Assembly: GCA_963831005.1 (NCBI GenBank)
Contig: CAWHOW010000019.1
Coordinates: 250,000 to 313,999, forward strand
Reading direction: 5' to 3'
From: an uncultured Bacteroidota bacterium
Lineage (GTDB): Bacteria; Bacteroidota; Bacteroidia; Bacteroidales; CG2-30-32-10
DNA length: 64,000 nt
Each line of letters begins with the position of its first letter. Position 1 is the first letter of the stretch. Under the pieces are notes generated by a model. The model ran no database searches. It was not told where the DNA came from and worked only from the letters and a program-made list of their open reading frames with translations. The translations under genes were made by a program, and so were the position numbers. Of this stretch, positions 1 to 10,758 are shown piece by piece.

Positions 1-873
<873 letters not shown>

Positions 874-876
874 TTA

Positions 877-2249
877 TTATTTTGAAAAAAACTCATGATG
901 AATAACTTTAATCGCTTTATCCTTCTCTGCTTTGTCCACAATAAAATAAGTACAAACATCAGAAGCGCCTGATGAAATGGTTTTTACATTTATTCCTGCC
1001 TTAGCAATAGAACTAAACAACCTTGCTGCAACGCCAGCTTTTTCTGTCATTCCACATCCCACAACGGCTATAGTTGATAACTGATTGCTGATATTTATTT
1101 TACCAACTCCTTTAAGTTTAAGACCTTTAAGTATATCATAAGCCCTATGCACATCATCGTTTGAAAGAAAAAGATTGATTCGGGTGTGAGAGTTGAAGAT
1201 GAGTTTAATGTTGATATGTGAATCATCAAGCTTGCGTGTAATTTGAGCCATTAAACCGGGTGTAATACCCACACCGGGCCGGTATATTGAAGAGCACAAA
1301 AATCATCGCTGCTTGTAACGCTTTTTACCACCTGGCTGTTTATCTTAATTGTTGAATCAATAACTGTTAGTGGTTTTATTGTTTTTCCAGCTTTAGTAAT
1401 ATTCAGTATTCTTATTGGAATATTCACTTCAGTAAGGGGTTCAACAGTTCTGGGATGAAGTATCTTTGCTCCGAAATATGCAAGTTCTGCAGCTTCAGTA
1501 TAATTAAGCTTTGAAATAGTTGCAGCTTCATGAACAAGCTTGGGATCTGCCGTTTGGAAGCCATCTACATCTTTCCATATATCCAATGATGAAGCCTGTA
1601 TACAACGGGCTATGGATGCTGCGGCATAATCGCTGCCACCCCTGCCTAGCAGTGTTGTCTTACCTTGACATGAAACTCCATAAAAACCCGGCACCACATA
1701 CACTCTGTCATCTTTCAAACTTTTCTTTAGATTCTTTGTTGATAATGCATAGTTGACTGAAGCATTCTCAAATTCACCATCAGTGATCAAGCCTATATTT
1801 TCAGGCAAAGCTTCTTCGCACTTTATTTTATGCGCTTTTAATACTGATGCCAATACAAGTGAACTTAACCTTTCTCCATAACTAAGTATTTCATCTTTAA
1901 TAGAAGGAGATGCTTCAGATATATATCCTACACCTGTGAAGAGTTTCTTAAGCCGTGCGGTGCGTTCATCTAAAGTGTGCAAAGCTTCTTTTAAAATTTC
2001 TTTATTCGAAACAAAATGAAGTAATGCATCTTTATGAAGCTTATTGATTGTCTCAATGAATTTCCCTGAATAATGATTTCCCGCAACACTTTTCTGCAAC
2101 TCAGCAATTAACTTATCAGTTATTCCAAAGAAAGCTGAAACTACTATAACAGGAGGGTATTTATAAGATCTGACAGCATTAACAATATTATTAATGTCAT
2201 CAGCCGACTTTAAGTTTGATCCTCCGAATTTAACTACTGTTCTTTTCAT
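877..2249 (-). CDS. Aspartate kinase, with the amino-acid kinase domain and C-terminal ACT domains split into two overlapping ORFs. This is an apparent frameshift at about 1251-1299.
   Basis: ORF 1251..2249 begins MKRTVVKFGGSNL and contains GRGGSDYAAASIA (aspartokinase N-terminal domain). ORF 877..1299 carries ACT-like VVGCGMTEKAGVAARLFS motifs. The two ORFs overlap by 49 nt in different frames, next to a short A-run. Confidence 0.8.
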
Positions 2250-2395
2250 GTTTTTATTTTTTTAGAGTTTAATTAATAGACAAATAATTCATACTGCTTA
2301 TACAGCATCAAAATAACAGGCTTAAAAGCATAATGCTTACGCCTGTTAACGCATGTCCACCAAAAACGAAATTGAAATATTGTTTTTCATACACT

Positions 2396-2510
2396 TTAAT
2401 TTATTACCTCAGCCAACAGACTGATTAAGTTGTGGCACCATCTCACCAAGTGGTGAAGGTTGCCAGGGGTTCGCAGAGCTTAATCTCTCCCCCCTTCTTT
2501 ATAAATTAAA
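2396..2510 (-). promoter_or_regulatory. SAM-I (S-box) riboswitch in the leader of the aspartokinase-metY operon, with a downstream terminator-type hairpin.
   Basis: The reverse complement reads TTATAAAGAAGGGGGGAGAGATTAAGCTCTGCGAACCCCTGGCAACC..GGTGCCACAAC..GGCTGAGGTAATAA. This matches the SAM-I core: CTTATCAAGAG-GG-GGAGGGA, then a GAnnCCnnGCAACC turn, then GGTGCnAA.TCC. It lies about 150 nt upstream of the aspartokinase start, followed by hairpin aacaggc..gcctgtt (2315-2347) plus a U-rich tail on the minus strand. Confidence 0.55.
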
Positions 2511-2618
2511 ATCTTCTTAATAAAATAGAAGAGGTCAATTCGGCAGCAAAATTAATACTAAATTTGTAATATCAAAAATATATTTTTCTATTCTAACATA
2601 TATTAAATGAGAAAATGA

Positions 2619-4007
2619 TTGTTTATGCCTGAAACGACTGATAATACCATTAGCAAAAAAGTTGCATTATTTGTCACAACGCTTTCTGCTTTTCTTACAA
2701 CATTCATGGCAGCCTCTGTTAATGTTGCGCTTCCTGTTATAGCAAAAGAATTTTCGATTGATAGTGTTGTATTAGGATGGATTGCCACTGTTTATATTTT
2801 AGCTGCAGCAGTGTTCCTTGTTCCGTTCGGAAAACTTGCTGATATTTATGGAAGAAAGAAAATATTTACCATTGGAGTAATCATTTATACATTTAGTTCT
2901 TTTATTTCTGCAATTGCCCCTGATGCAATAACTTTGATATCTGCACGTGCATTACAGGGCATTGGCGGATCTATGATATTCGGCACAGCTGTCGCCATAC
3001 TCACCTCCGTATTTCCTGCTAATGAAAGAGGAAAAGTACTTGGATATAATCTTGCAGCAACTTATCTTGGGTTATCTCTTGGCCCTGTTATAGGTGGAAT
3101 ACTCACATATCAGCTTGGATGGCGTTCAATATTTTTTGTTAGTGTTATTTTATGTGCCATTCTAATATTTTTTATTTTCTGGAAACTCAAAGGAGAATGG
3201 GCTGAAGACAAAGGAGATAAATTTGATATTTGGGGTTCATTGCTTTATATGGCAGGATTGCTGGGGATAATGTACGGATTTACCATACTTCCTTCATTTG
3301 ATGGAATAATAATTCTATGCATTGGAATAATCTTAGTAATTTTATTCATGTACCTTCAGAAGAAGGTTAAGTTTCCCATTTTTAATCTCACTCAATTTAA
3401 GAAGAATACTGTTTTCATTTTTTCAAATCTTGCCGCATTTATTAATTACAGCGCAACCTTTGCCGTTGGATATTTGCTTAGTCTGTACCTTCAGTATATA
3501 AAAGGATTTAATCCGCAGGAAGCTGGTTTAATTATGGTGGCTCAGCCAATAACGATGGCGATTTTCTCACCTATAGCAGGAAGACTATCTGATAAGATCG
3601 AGCCGCAAATAGTAGCTTCAATTGGAATGATACTTACGGTGATAGGGCTTATTCCATTTATTTTTCTCAGCAATGATACTTCTGTTACTTATATAGTATG
3701 TACGCTATTACTGATTGGGATTGGATTTGCACTGTTTTCTTCACCAAATACTAATGCCATAATGAGCTCTGTTGAGCGCAAGTACTATGGACTAGCATCG
3801 GCTTCATTAGGAACTATGCGGCTTACTGGGCAAACAATAAGTATGGGAATAGCTACATTGATATTTGGCATGCATCTGGGTAGAGTGAAAATAACTCCTG
3901 ATTATTTTCCGCAATTTGTTGATAGTACTAAAATTACATTCATTGTGTTTACAGTGCTTTGTGCTATTGGTGTTTTCGCTTCGTTGGCAAGGGGCAAGCT
4001 CAGATGA
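2619..4007 (+). CDS. MFS transporter, DHA2-like drug:H+ antiporter family (14-TMS type)
   Basis: 462 aa and highly hydrophobic. It has MFS signatures: GKLADIYGRKK in loop 2-3 and LQGIGGSMIFGTAVAIL. Confidence 0.8.
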   Translation: MFMPETTDNTISKKVALFVTTLSAFLTTFMAASVNVALPVIAKEFSIDSVVLGWIATVYILAAAVFLVPFGKLADIYGRKKIFTIGVIIYTFSSFISAIAPDAITLISARALQGIGGSMIFGTAVAILTSVFPANERGKVLGYNLAATYLGLSLGPVIGGILTYQLGWRSIFFVSVILCAILIFFIFWKLKGEWAEDKGDKFDIWGSLLYMAGLLGIMYGFTILPSFDGIIILCIGIILVILFMYLQKKVKFPIFNLTQFKKNTVFIFSNLAAFINYSATFAVGYLLSLYLQYIKGFNPQEAGLIMVAQPITMAIFSPIAGRLSDKIEPQIVASIGMILTVIGLIPFIFLSNDTSVTYIVCTLLLIGIGFALFSSPNTNAIMSSVERKYYGLASASLGTMRLTGQTISMGIATLIFGMHLGRVKITPDYFPQFVDSTKITFIVFTVLCAIGVFASLARGKLR

Positions 4008-4047
4008 TCAATTTTAAAGCATTTATTTAGCAGCTTTTCTTTAATTA

Positions 4048-5076
4048 ATGATCTCGGAAATTTCAATAGAAGAACACTTTTCACATTTAAATAACATTCC
4101 TGTTATAGATGTTCGTAGTCCTCTTGAGTTTCAGAAAGGACATATTCCTTTTGCACATAACATCCCTCTTTTTTCTGATGAAGAAAGAGCTCACATAGGA
4201 ACCGTTTATGCAAAGCAATCGCAGGAAAAAGCTTTGAAACTTGGATATGATTATGTCCAACCGAAGCTTGAAAACTTTATTGTTGAATCTCAGAAAATAG
4301 CACCGCAAAAAGAGGTAGTTGTTCATTGCTGGCGTGGAGGGATGAGAAGCCATGCATTTGCCGAACACCTATCATCTCATGGGTTTAATAACGTCTATTT
4401 AATTATTGGTGGATATAAGTCTTATCGTAATTATGTTCTTCAATCGTTCAATAAAGATGTAAAACTTATAATTTTAGGTGGCTATACAGGAAGTGGCAAA
4501 ACGGAAATATTAAAACAACTTTGTGAAGATGGTATGCCGGTCTTAGACCTTGAAGCAATTGCAAATCATAAAGGTTCTGCTTTCGGTGGAATTGGACAGA
4601 GTCAACAGCCAACATCGGAACAATTTGAAAACAACCTTTTTCATGAATGGAACAAATTGAATTTCTCAAAATATCTCTTACTTGAAGACGAGAGTTTCAG
4701 CATAGGAAGTGTAAACTTACCATCTGCACTTTATAAGAAAATGTGTGAAGCCCCTTTGTTGTTCATTGATATTCCAAAAGATGAACGTGCTAAGTTTCTT
4801 GTAAGCGAATATGCAAATATTGATAAACAGGCATTGACTGATGCATTAAAAAGAATATCAAAGAGGTTAGGCGATGAGAATACCAAAGCAGCAATTGAAT
4901 TCCTGGAAAAGGAGAACTATTATGAAGTTGCTATGATCACGCTTAAATACTACGATAAAGCTTACCATGAAGTGTTGACACATAGGGAAAGTTCAACTGT
5001 CTTTACCATTAAATTAAATAATGTTAATTATAAAGAGAATGCAATTGTTTTGAAGAAATATTTATACAATAAATGA
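4048..5076 (+). CDS. selU: tRNA 2-selenouridine synthase (rhodanese domain plus P-loop)
   Basis: It has an N-terminal rhodanese domain with catalytic CWRGGMRS, then the Walker A motif GGYTGSGKTEIL. Length is about 340 aa, and it sits immediately upstream of selD. Confidence 0.8.
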   Translation: MISEISIEEHFSHLNNIPVIDVRSPLEFQKGHIPFAHNIPLFSDEERAHIGTVYAKQSQEKALKLGYDYVQPKLENFIVESQKIAPQKEVVVHCWRGGMRSHAFAEHLSSHGFNNVYLIIGGYKSYRNYVLQSFNKDVKLIILGGYTGSGKTEILKQLCEDGMPVLDLEAIANHKGSAFGGIGQSQQPTSEQFENNLFHEWNKLNFSKYLLLEDESFSIGSVNLPSALYKKMCEAPLLFIDIPKDERAKFLVSEYANIDKQALTDALKRISKRLGDENTKAAIEFLEKENYYEVAMITLKYYDKAYHEVLTHRESSTVFTIKLNNVNYKENAIVLKKYLYNK

Positions 5077-5213
5077 AATAAGTTTTCGCATAATGAACTG
5101 CCACGACCTTTAGGTCGTGGTTAATGAAAAAGAAGGAAATAGGGCTTTAGCCCAAAACTACAATGAATATAGAATTTATAAATTTACTTAAGTGCAATTT
5201 GAATCAAACAACT

Positions 5214-6245
5214 ATGAATGAAATAAAACTTACACAATACAGTCATGGTGCCGGTTGCGGTTGTAAAATATCACCGGCCGTGCTTACCACAATTTTGAAG
5301 AGTAATTTAGACTCTATTTCTGATAAAAAGCTTCTGGTGGGAAATGAATCGCGCGACGATGCTGCTGTTTATGATATGGGTGATGGAACAGCAATAATCA
5401 GTACTACAGATTTCTTTATGCCAATAGTTGACGATCCTTTTACTTATGGCAAAATTGCTGCAACCAATGCAATCAGCGATATATATGCTATGGGAGGAAA
5501 GCCATTGCTGGCTATTGCCATTCTTGGTTGGCCTATAAATAAAATACCTGCTGAAATTGCTCAACAGGTTCTTGATGGCGGAAGGCAGGCATGTAAAGAT
5601 GCAGGTATTATCATTGCGGGAGGTCATAGCATTGACAGCCCTGAACCTATTTTCGGACTTGCTGTTACAGGACAAGTTGAAATTTCAAAGTTAAAGAGAA
5701 ATGATACTGCCACTAAAGGATGTCGTTTGTACCTCACCAAACCGCTTGGTGTGGGCATATTGACAACTGCTCAGAAAAAAGGACTGCTTAAAGAAGAACA
5801 TGCACAGATTGCACCGGATATAATGACAACATTAAACAAAATAGGAATTGCGTTATCTTCTGTTGAGGCAGTAAAGGCAATGACTGATGTTACCGGTTTC
5901 GGACTGCTTGGGCATCTTGCAGAAATGTGTGAAGGCAGTGGTGTGTCGGCTATGATCGAATTTGCAAAGATCCCTAAGATAAATGTGCTTGATGAATATA
6001 TTGCGAATAAATGCATACCCGGAGGTACACAAAGGAATTGGGATAGTTATGGTTTAACAATTCATTTAAAAAATGAGGATTATAAAACGATACTCTGCGA
6101 CCCTCAAACCAGCGGTGGATTATTGATAGCTGTTGAAGAAAATAATTGTGCGGAAGCTGAAAGGATACTTGAACAAAACAATATCAAAGCGATTTCATTT
6201 GGATATTTGACAGAGAAGAAAGATGCGTTGATTTATGTTGAATAA
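5214..6245 (+). CDS. selD: Selenide, water dikinase (selenophosphate synthetase), Cys-type
   Basis: It contains [16 protein letters not shown], the SelD N-terminal active-site motif with Cys rather than Sec. It also has AIR-synthase-like GDDAAV..TTDFF motifs. The ORF track extends to 5163; the start was chosen at the internal ATG at 5214. Confidence 0.85.
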   Translation: MNEIKLTQYSHGAGCGCKISPAVLTTILKSNLDSISDKKLLVGNESRDDAAVYDMGDGTAIISTTDFFMPIVDDPFTYGKIAATNAISDIYAMGGKPLLAIAILGWPINKIPAEIAQQVLDGGRQACKDAGIIIAGGHSIDSPEPIFGLAVTGQVEISKLKRNDTATKGCRLYLTKPLGVGILTTAQKKGLLKEEHAQIAPDIMTTLNKIGIALSSVEAVKAMTDVTGFGLLGHLAEMCEGSGVSAMIEFAKIPKINVLDEYIANKCIPGGTQRNWDSYGLTIHLKNEDYKTILCDPQTSGGLLIAVEENNCAEAERILEQNNIKAISFGYLTEKKDALIYVE

Positions 6246-6335
6246 GGAATTGACATTATAATATGTCCATTCTTTTCATTCCCTCATAATGATTATTAAA
6301 GCAATAAAATTTATTCAATTAACAAAAAGTACAAA

Positions 6336-8147
6336 TTGAAAGAGATAATTGATCTATATCAGCAAAGAATAAACGACTTTATTACTGAGAAGGGCAAATA
6401 CAGGAACTTCCAGAAATATTTTCCTGCTACGCGCCTGATCACATTTATATGCAGTTGCATCTTTTTGTATTATAGCATAAAATATGGAAATTACATTTTC
6501 GCTTTCGCAACATTAGCATTTTTCGTAGCTTTCCTTGTACTGGGGCATCTTGATAAAAAATACAAATCCATAATTCTGCGCCTGGAACTTCTTATCCAAA
6601 TCAATCAGAATGAAATAGATGTTATTCATGGTGATTTTTCCAAGAATAATGCAGGCGAAGAGTTCATTGATTTTGATCATCCCTACACCTACGACCTTGA
6701 TATCTTTGGGAAAAGTTCTTTATTCCAATGCATCAACCGGACTTCTACTATTTATGGGAAAAATCGGCTTGCTGATTTTCTGAAAAATGCATATAGCTAT
6801 AGTACTGAAATTATCTCTCGTCAGCAGGCTATAAATGAATTGAAGGAGAATATCGAGTTCAGGCAACAACTTCAACTTTTATTTGCAAGTAAGAAAACGA
6901 AACACAGCGATCTGTCGGATATGCAACGATGGCTGAACAGTCAAACAATTTCCCCTGAACAATTAAAGCTGTTTAAAAGTGCTTTATATTTGGTGAATTT
7001 TATTACTGTTACGGGCATTATTCTTAGTATAGCCGGACTTATGTCCTTTCATTTTATCTGGCCATTAATAGTATTGCAACTTGTATTTGGCGCACGTCTT
7101 GGCCGGACAATATTGAAAACGCAGGAAGTGATCACTTCAAAATTCAGGATATTGGATAAGTATTCTCAATGCCTTGCGCTGATTGAAAATACAAAATTTC
7201 AAAGTCCGGTATTACTTAATCTCTGGAATACCCTTACAAAACAAGGTACAACAACTCCAAGCAAAGTGATCAGAAGTTTATCAAGGATCATTAACTTTAT
7301 GGATTCCAACCTGAATATCCCTGTTGCAATTATATTTAACGGTTGTTTCTCTTTAAACGTACACCTGCTGCTTGCCACAGAAAACTGGAAAATAAAATAC
7401 CGACTTTTAATTCCCGAATGGTTTGATATTGTTGGTAAAATTGAGGCTTTCTCCAGTCTTGGAAATTTCTCATTTAATAATCCTGATTTTATCACCCCAA
7501 AAGCAGTTAATGATAGTTTTATTCTCCATGCTAAAAATATGGGGCACCCACTCATACCGAAGGATACATGTGTGAAAAATGATATTCGCATCAACGGATG
7601 GAAGCAAATAAGTATTGTTACAGGAGCTAATATGTCGGGCAAAAGCACTATGCTGCGTACTATAGGCACTAATTATATACTGGCAATGACAGGCTGTTCC
7701 GTTTGTGCTGATGAATTTATTTTTACACCAATTGAAATTCACACCAGCATGCGGACAAATGATTCTCTGACAAAAAAGGAGTCGTATTTTTATGCTGAAC
7801 TAAAGCGCTTGAAAGAAATAATAGATGAATTGGAAAACGGGAAACAGAAATTTATTTTATTGGATGAAATACTAAAAGGCACCAATTCCAATGATAAGCG
7901 CACAGGCTCTATGGCGCTTATTAACCAGTTGTTAAAATACGATATCATTGCAATGGTTGCCACGCACGACCAGGTGTTGGGTGATTTAATAAATGAATAC
8001 CCCGCAAATATCAGCAACCGTTGTTTCGAAATTTCTATAGTAAACGACAAGATGCATATAGATTATAAGATCAGGGAAGGTGTTTGCCAAAACCTTAATG
8101 CTACATACCTGATGAAAAATATGGGAATAATCTTTCCCGAAAATTAG
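6336..8147 (+). CDS. MutS-related protein: an N-terminal membrane segment plus the MutS domain V ABC-type ATPase, with no mismatch-recognition domain.
   Basis: The C-terminal region has Walker A GANMSGKSTMLRTIG, the MutS signature and Walker B ILLDEILKGTNSNDK. Two N-terminal hydrophobic helices are present. The start codon is apparently TTG. Confidence 0.7.
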   Translation: MKEIIDLYQQRINDFITEKGKYRNFQKYFPATRLITFICSCIFLYYSIKYGNYIFAFATLAFFVAFLVLGHLDKKYKSIILRLELLIQINQNEIDVIHGDFSKNNAGEEFIDFDHPYTYDLDIFGKSSLFQCINRTSTIYGKNRLADFLKNAYSYSTEIISRQQAINELKENIEFRQQLQLLFASKKTKHSDLSDMQRWLNSQTISPEQLKLFKSALYLVNFITVTGIILSIAGLMSFHFIWPLIVLQLVFGARLGRTILKTQEVITSKFRILDKYSQCLALIENTKFQSPVLLNLWNTLTKQGTTTPSKVIRSLSRIINFMDSNLNIPVAIIFNGCFSLNVHLLLATENWKIKYRLLIPEWFDIVGKIEAFSSLGNFSFNNPDFITPKAVNDSFILHAKNMGHPLIPKDTCVKNDIRINGWKQISIVTGANMSGKSTMLRTIGTNYILAMTGCSVCADEFIFTPIEIHTSMRTNDSLTKKESYFYAELKRLKEIIDELENGKQKFILLDEILKGTNSNDKRTGSMALINQLLKYDIIAMVATHDQVLGDLINEYPANISNRCFEISIVNDKMHIDYKIREGVCQNLNATYLMKNMGIIFPEN

Positions 8148-8439
8148 AATGTATTAACCTGTTTACTGCCTACTACTGTTATATCCTGCCTGTTTCTTTT
8201 ATTTTTTCACGTCCTTCCTTTGTAGGTGTAAACTTTGCCCTAAGTATATAACGCTTTTCAATTCTATCTTCAACCAAGAATCCTGAATAGTTTCTGTTTT
8301 ATGGCTGTCATTTTCTACTTTAAAGTCCTTGCACAGATCTTTTTTAGTGTTATTCAAATTTAATAATTAGCCATTTTATAAACCCCAAAAACATTACCTG
8401 CTGATTTTCAATGCAAATGCGAAAAAGTTATTTTCGCGT

Positions 8440-8725
8440 CGATAACGAGAGATATCGTCTCGGTTACTATAGATATCGTGCTGACAACGATAGATATCGT
8501 CTCGATTACTATAGATATCGTGCTGATAACGATAGATATCGTGTCGATTATTATAGATATCGTGTTGATAACGATAGATGTCGTGTCGATTATTATAGAT
8601 TATAGTATTGGTAACGATAGATATCGTGCTGATTACTATAGATATCGTGCTGATAACGATAGATATCGTGCTGATAACGATAGATATCGAGATGATAACG
8701 ATAGTTATCGAGTTGATTACTACTT
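8440..8725. repeat. Intergenic tandem repeat array, about 13.5 copies of a 21-bp unit organised as a 42-bp super-unit. Each unit contains a GATATC palindrome.
   Basis: Repeats of the form cgataacgatagatatcgtgctgattactatagatatcgtgctgataac are visible directly. ORFs 8411..8605 and 8478..8741 are low-complexity translations of the repeat (DNDRYR / IDIVS). Confidence 0.85.
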
Positions 8726-8922
8726 TTACTATGCTCCTTAGGATATTGGCTGAGGTATAGTGTTGAAGGTTCCGGGCTTATTCTACTGAAATGAAAAGAA
8801 TACTAAGGCGCATACATCGCAACATCATCTATCTTTGATGTAGTTTAAGAAAGAGCAAAGACTTATTAAAAAAGTTATTTCTTCAACCCTGCAATCTGTT
8901 CTTGAATACTTGAAAATAACAT

Positions 8923-10353
8923 TTACCCTCTGATCCCTTCCAGGCGAGGAAGGCTGTATTTACCATCCTCGAGGCGGAGGAAAGGAATACGGATAAGGTC
9001 AATATTCTCGGCTATCCATTTATCCTGCATTTTCCAGTCTTTAAATGTATCGTTCGAAATAATGTAGCACTTATTTTTCTTGGCATTATCAATCAGAAAT
9101 TCATCAGCCGTGGTCTTTGCAGGAGCTTCAAGGTATTTTACTTTCCGTTTCAGGTACTCCAGCTGGAAGGTATCCTTAACCCTGTTTTTGAGCGAAGCAT
9201 CGGCAATAACAATTATTTCCTTATACCTCAACACATTCAACGCATCAGCCAGGTTCATGATATTGGCATAATAGGGTTTTATATTGTCGTCCCTGTCCAT
9301 CGACGAAAAGGCAACATTGCTGCCATCCACTAATATAGTGGTATCGGACATGCGCGACACTTCGAAAAATTCGCCGTCTTCGTCGTAAAAGCCGAAATCC
9401 TTAAGTTCAACGCATTCTTTAAAGAACTGTATAATTTCCTTATCCGAAACAAGCTTGTTTTCATACCATGCGGGCAGGTTATTTTCTGCATTTTCTTTAC
9501 CAGGGAATTTAAGTTTACGCTTTTCCTGCTCCATAATCTCCTTAACTTTTTTTATGGAAAGCTTTTTGCAGTTTTCGTGTTTCTTTATAGCATCTATCAA
9601 TTGTGCCCCGTCGAAGCCATATTTGTTTTTCGATGCTTTACGCAGGTAATCGAACATTGAATATTCAATCTTGGTTTTAATGTTCAGGTGAATGGCTTCC
9701 TGGTATTCGCGCACATTGTCGAAACCCATGCAAACGGCTTCTTTATAATCGTGTGCATACGTAAAGCCTTTGTTACGCGCATCTTCGTACACTGCATGTT
9801 CGGTAAAGCCAAGGAAAAAAGCTTTGGCAAAATCGCCGTAATCCTTGAAACCCCTTTCGGTTGCAAACTGGAACAGCTTCATTCCATTGTCGAATTCAGC
9901 TATGTTAAAATCTACCGGAATGGTTTTCTTGTTTGTATCCATCTTCAGCTTGAATTCTGCATAATGGTCGAAGAAACCCAGTCGCTGCGCTTTCATGTGA
10001 AGGTTCCTGTCCATCACGCCTATTTGTTTGCTTTCGGCAAAATCCTTAGAATTCAGGTAACCACCGCGTTTTGCATCGTAATAATCGGTGGCGCCTGTAA
10101 ATCCTTTTTCTTCGGCGTCCTCGTACTCGTCCAGTGTTTTAAAGCCATTGGCGCTGAGCAGATAGATCACTTTATCGTAAAGCAGTGCAAACGATGCCTG
10201 ACTTTGTTCGTCTTTGGTTTCTGTTACGATAAAGAGATGCAATTGCTTAAGGATCTCAGCAAGCTTGATGAAATCCTTTGCTTTTGTTAGCTGCACTACC
10301 GGGAAATCGGGCAGTTTGGCTATTTCGAAATGTTCAAATTTTTGTTTTGCCAT
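8923..10353 (-). CDS. Hypothetical protein with a C-terminal Zc3h12a-like NYN (PIN-fold) ribonuclease domain. Its N-terminal two thirds carry about 9 degenerate GF-x4-(D/E)Y-x2-A repeats.
   Basis: The C-terminal region reads TILVDGSNVAFSSMDRDDN..EIIVIADASLKN..CYIISNDTFKDW. This reproduces the NYN/Zc3h12a acidic quartet spacing (DGSNVA, IxAD, SND). Repeats such as EEKGFTGATDYYDA, RNKGFTYAHDYKEA and ERGFKDYGDFAKA are visible in the N-terminal part. Confidence 0.65.
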   Translation of the reverse strand: MAKQKFEHFEIAKLPDFPVVQLTKAKDFIKLAEILKQLHLFIVTETKDEQSQASFALLYDKVIYLLSANGFKTLDEYEDAEEKGFTGATDYYDAKRGGYLNSKDFAESKQIGVMDRNLHMKAQRLGFFDHYAEFKLKMDTNKKTIPVDFNIAEFDNGMKLFQFATERGFKDYGDFAKAFFLGFTEHAVYEDARNKGFTYAHDYKEAVCMGFDNVREYQEAIHLNIKTKIEYSMFDYLRKASKNKYGFDGAQLIDAIKKHENCKKLSIKKVKEIMEQEKRKLKFPGKENAENNLPAWYENKLVSDKEIIQFFKECVELKDFGFYDEDGEFFEVSRMSDTTILVDGSNVAFSSMDRDDNIKPYYANIMNLADALNVLRYKEIIVIADASLKNRVKDTFQLEYLKRKVKYLEAPAKTTADEFLIDNAKKNKCYIISNDTFKDWKMQDKWIAENIDLIRIPFLRLEDGKYSLPRLEGIRG

Positions 10354-10548
10354 AATATGGATTATTTATATTGTTTGTGAAACGTGGTTCTTTTTAAAAT
10401 TTCCTTTATAAATCTTTTTTCTTCTTTATGAAAGTTTGTGTTCAGTTATTCTACAAAGTTATTTAAAGTCGCTTTTAAGTTACGCAAAGATTAAAAGAGC
10501 TATTATTTTACGATATTTCGCAAAAGTGGTTCAATACTTTTTTAATCA

Positions 10549-10699
10549 GATTCCTCACTACGTTCGGAATGACATATTTGTTCGAGAAATAATAAGGGTG
10601 ATGAGGCGGCGATTCGCAGCATGCGAATCGCCGCCTCATCACCCCTACAGAAAATAATCAGACTGTCATTCCGAATGAAACGAAGTGGAATGAGGAATC
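10549..10699. repeat. MITE-like nested-hairpin repeat element, copy 1. It has outer roughly 26-bp imperfect inverted repeats gattcctcac..gttcggaatgaca and an inner perfect GC-rich hairpin.
   Basis: The inner hairpin is the 22-bp palindrome gggtgatgaggcggcgattcgc agcatg cgaatcgccgcctcatcaccc. A second copy with the same outer inverted repeats lies at 48691..48838. It explains spurious ORFs 10436..10657 and 10542..10730. Confidence 0.8.
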
Positions 10700-10758
10700 T
10701 AATTCTTTCAAATATTTGTTTTTCTAACATCAGTTATAATGTAAAATTTACTTTTCCA

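Noticed and set aside
8440-8725. Possible CRISPR array
   Set aside because: The units are contiguous, with no unique spacers between repeats. There are no cas genes nearby. This is a plain tandem repeat.
8411-8741. ORFs 8411..8605 and 8478..8741, with DNDRYR / IDIVSITIDIV low-complexity translations
   Set aside because: They are pure read-outs of the 21-bp tandem repeat, with no start context or codon bias. Treated as non-coding.
10436-10730. Small ORFs 10436..10657 and 10542..10730, and likewise 48642..48851, sharing a ..CHSE(R/Q)SEES.. motif
   Set aside because: The shared peptide comes from the conserved outer arm of the MITE-like element, not from a gene family.
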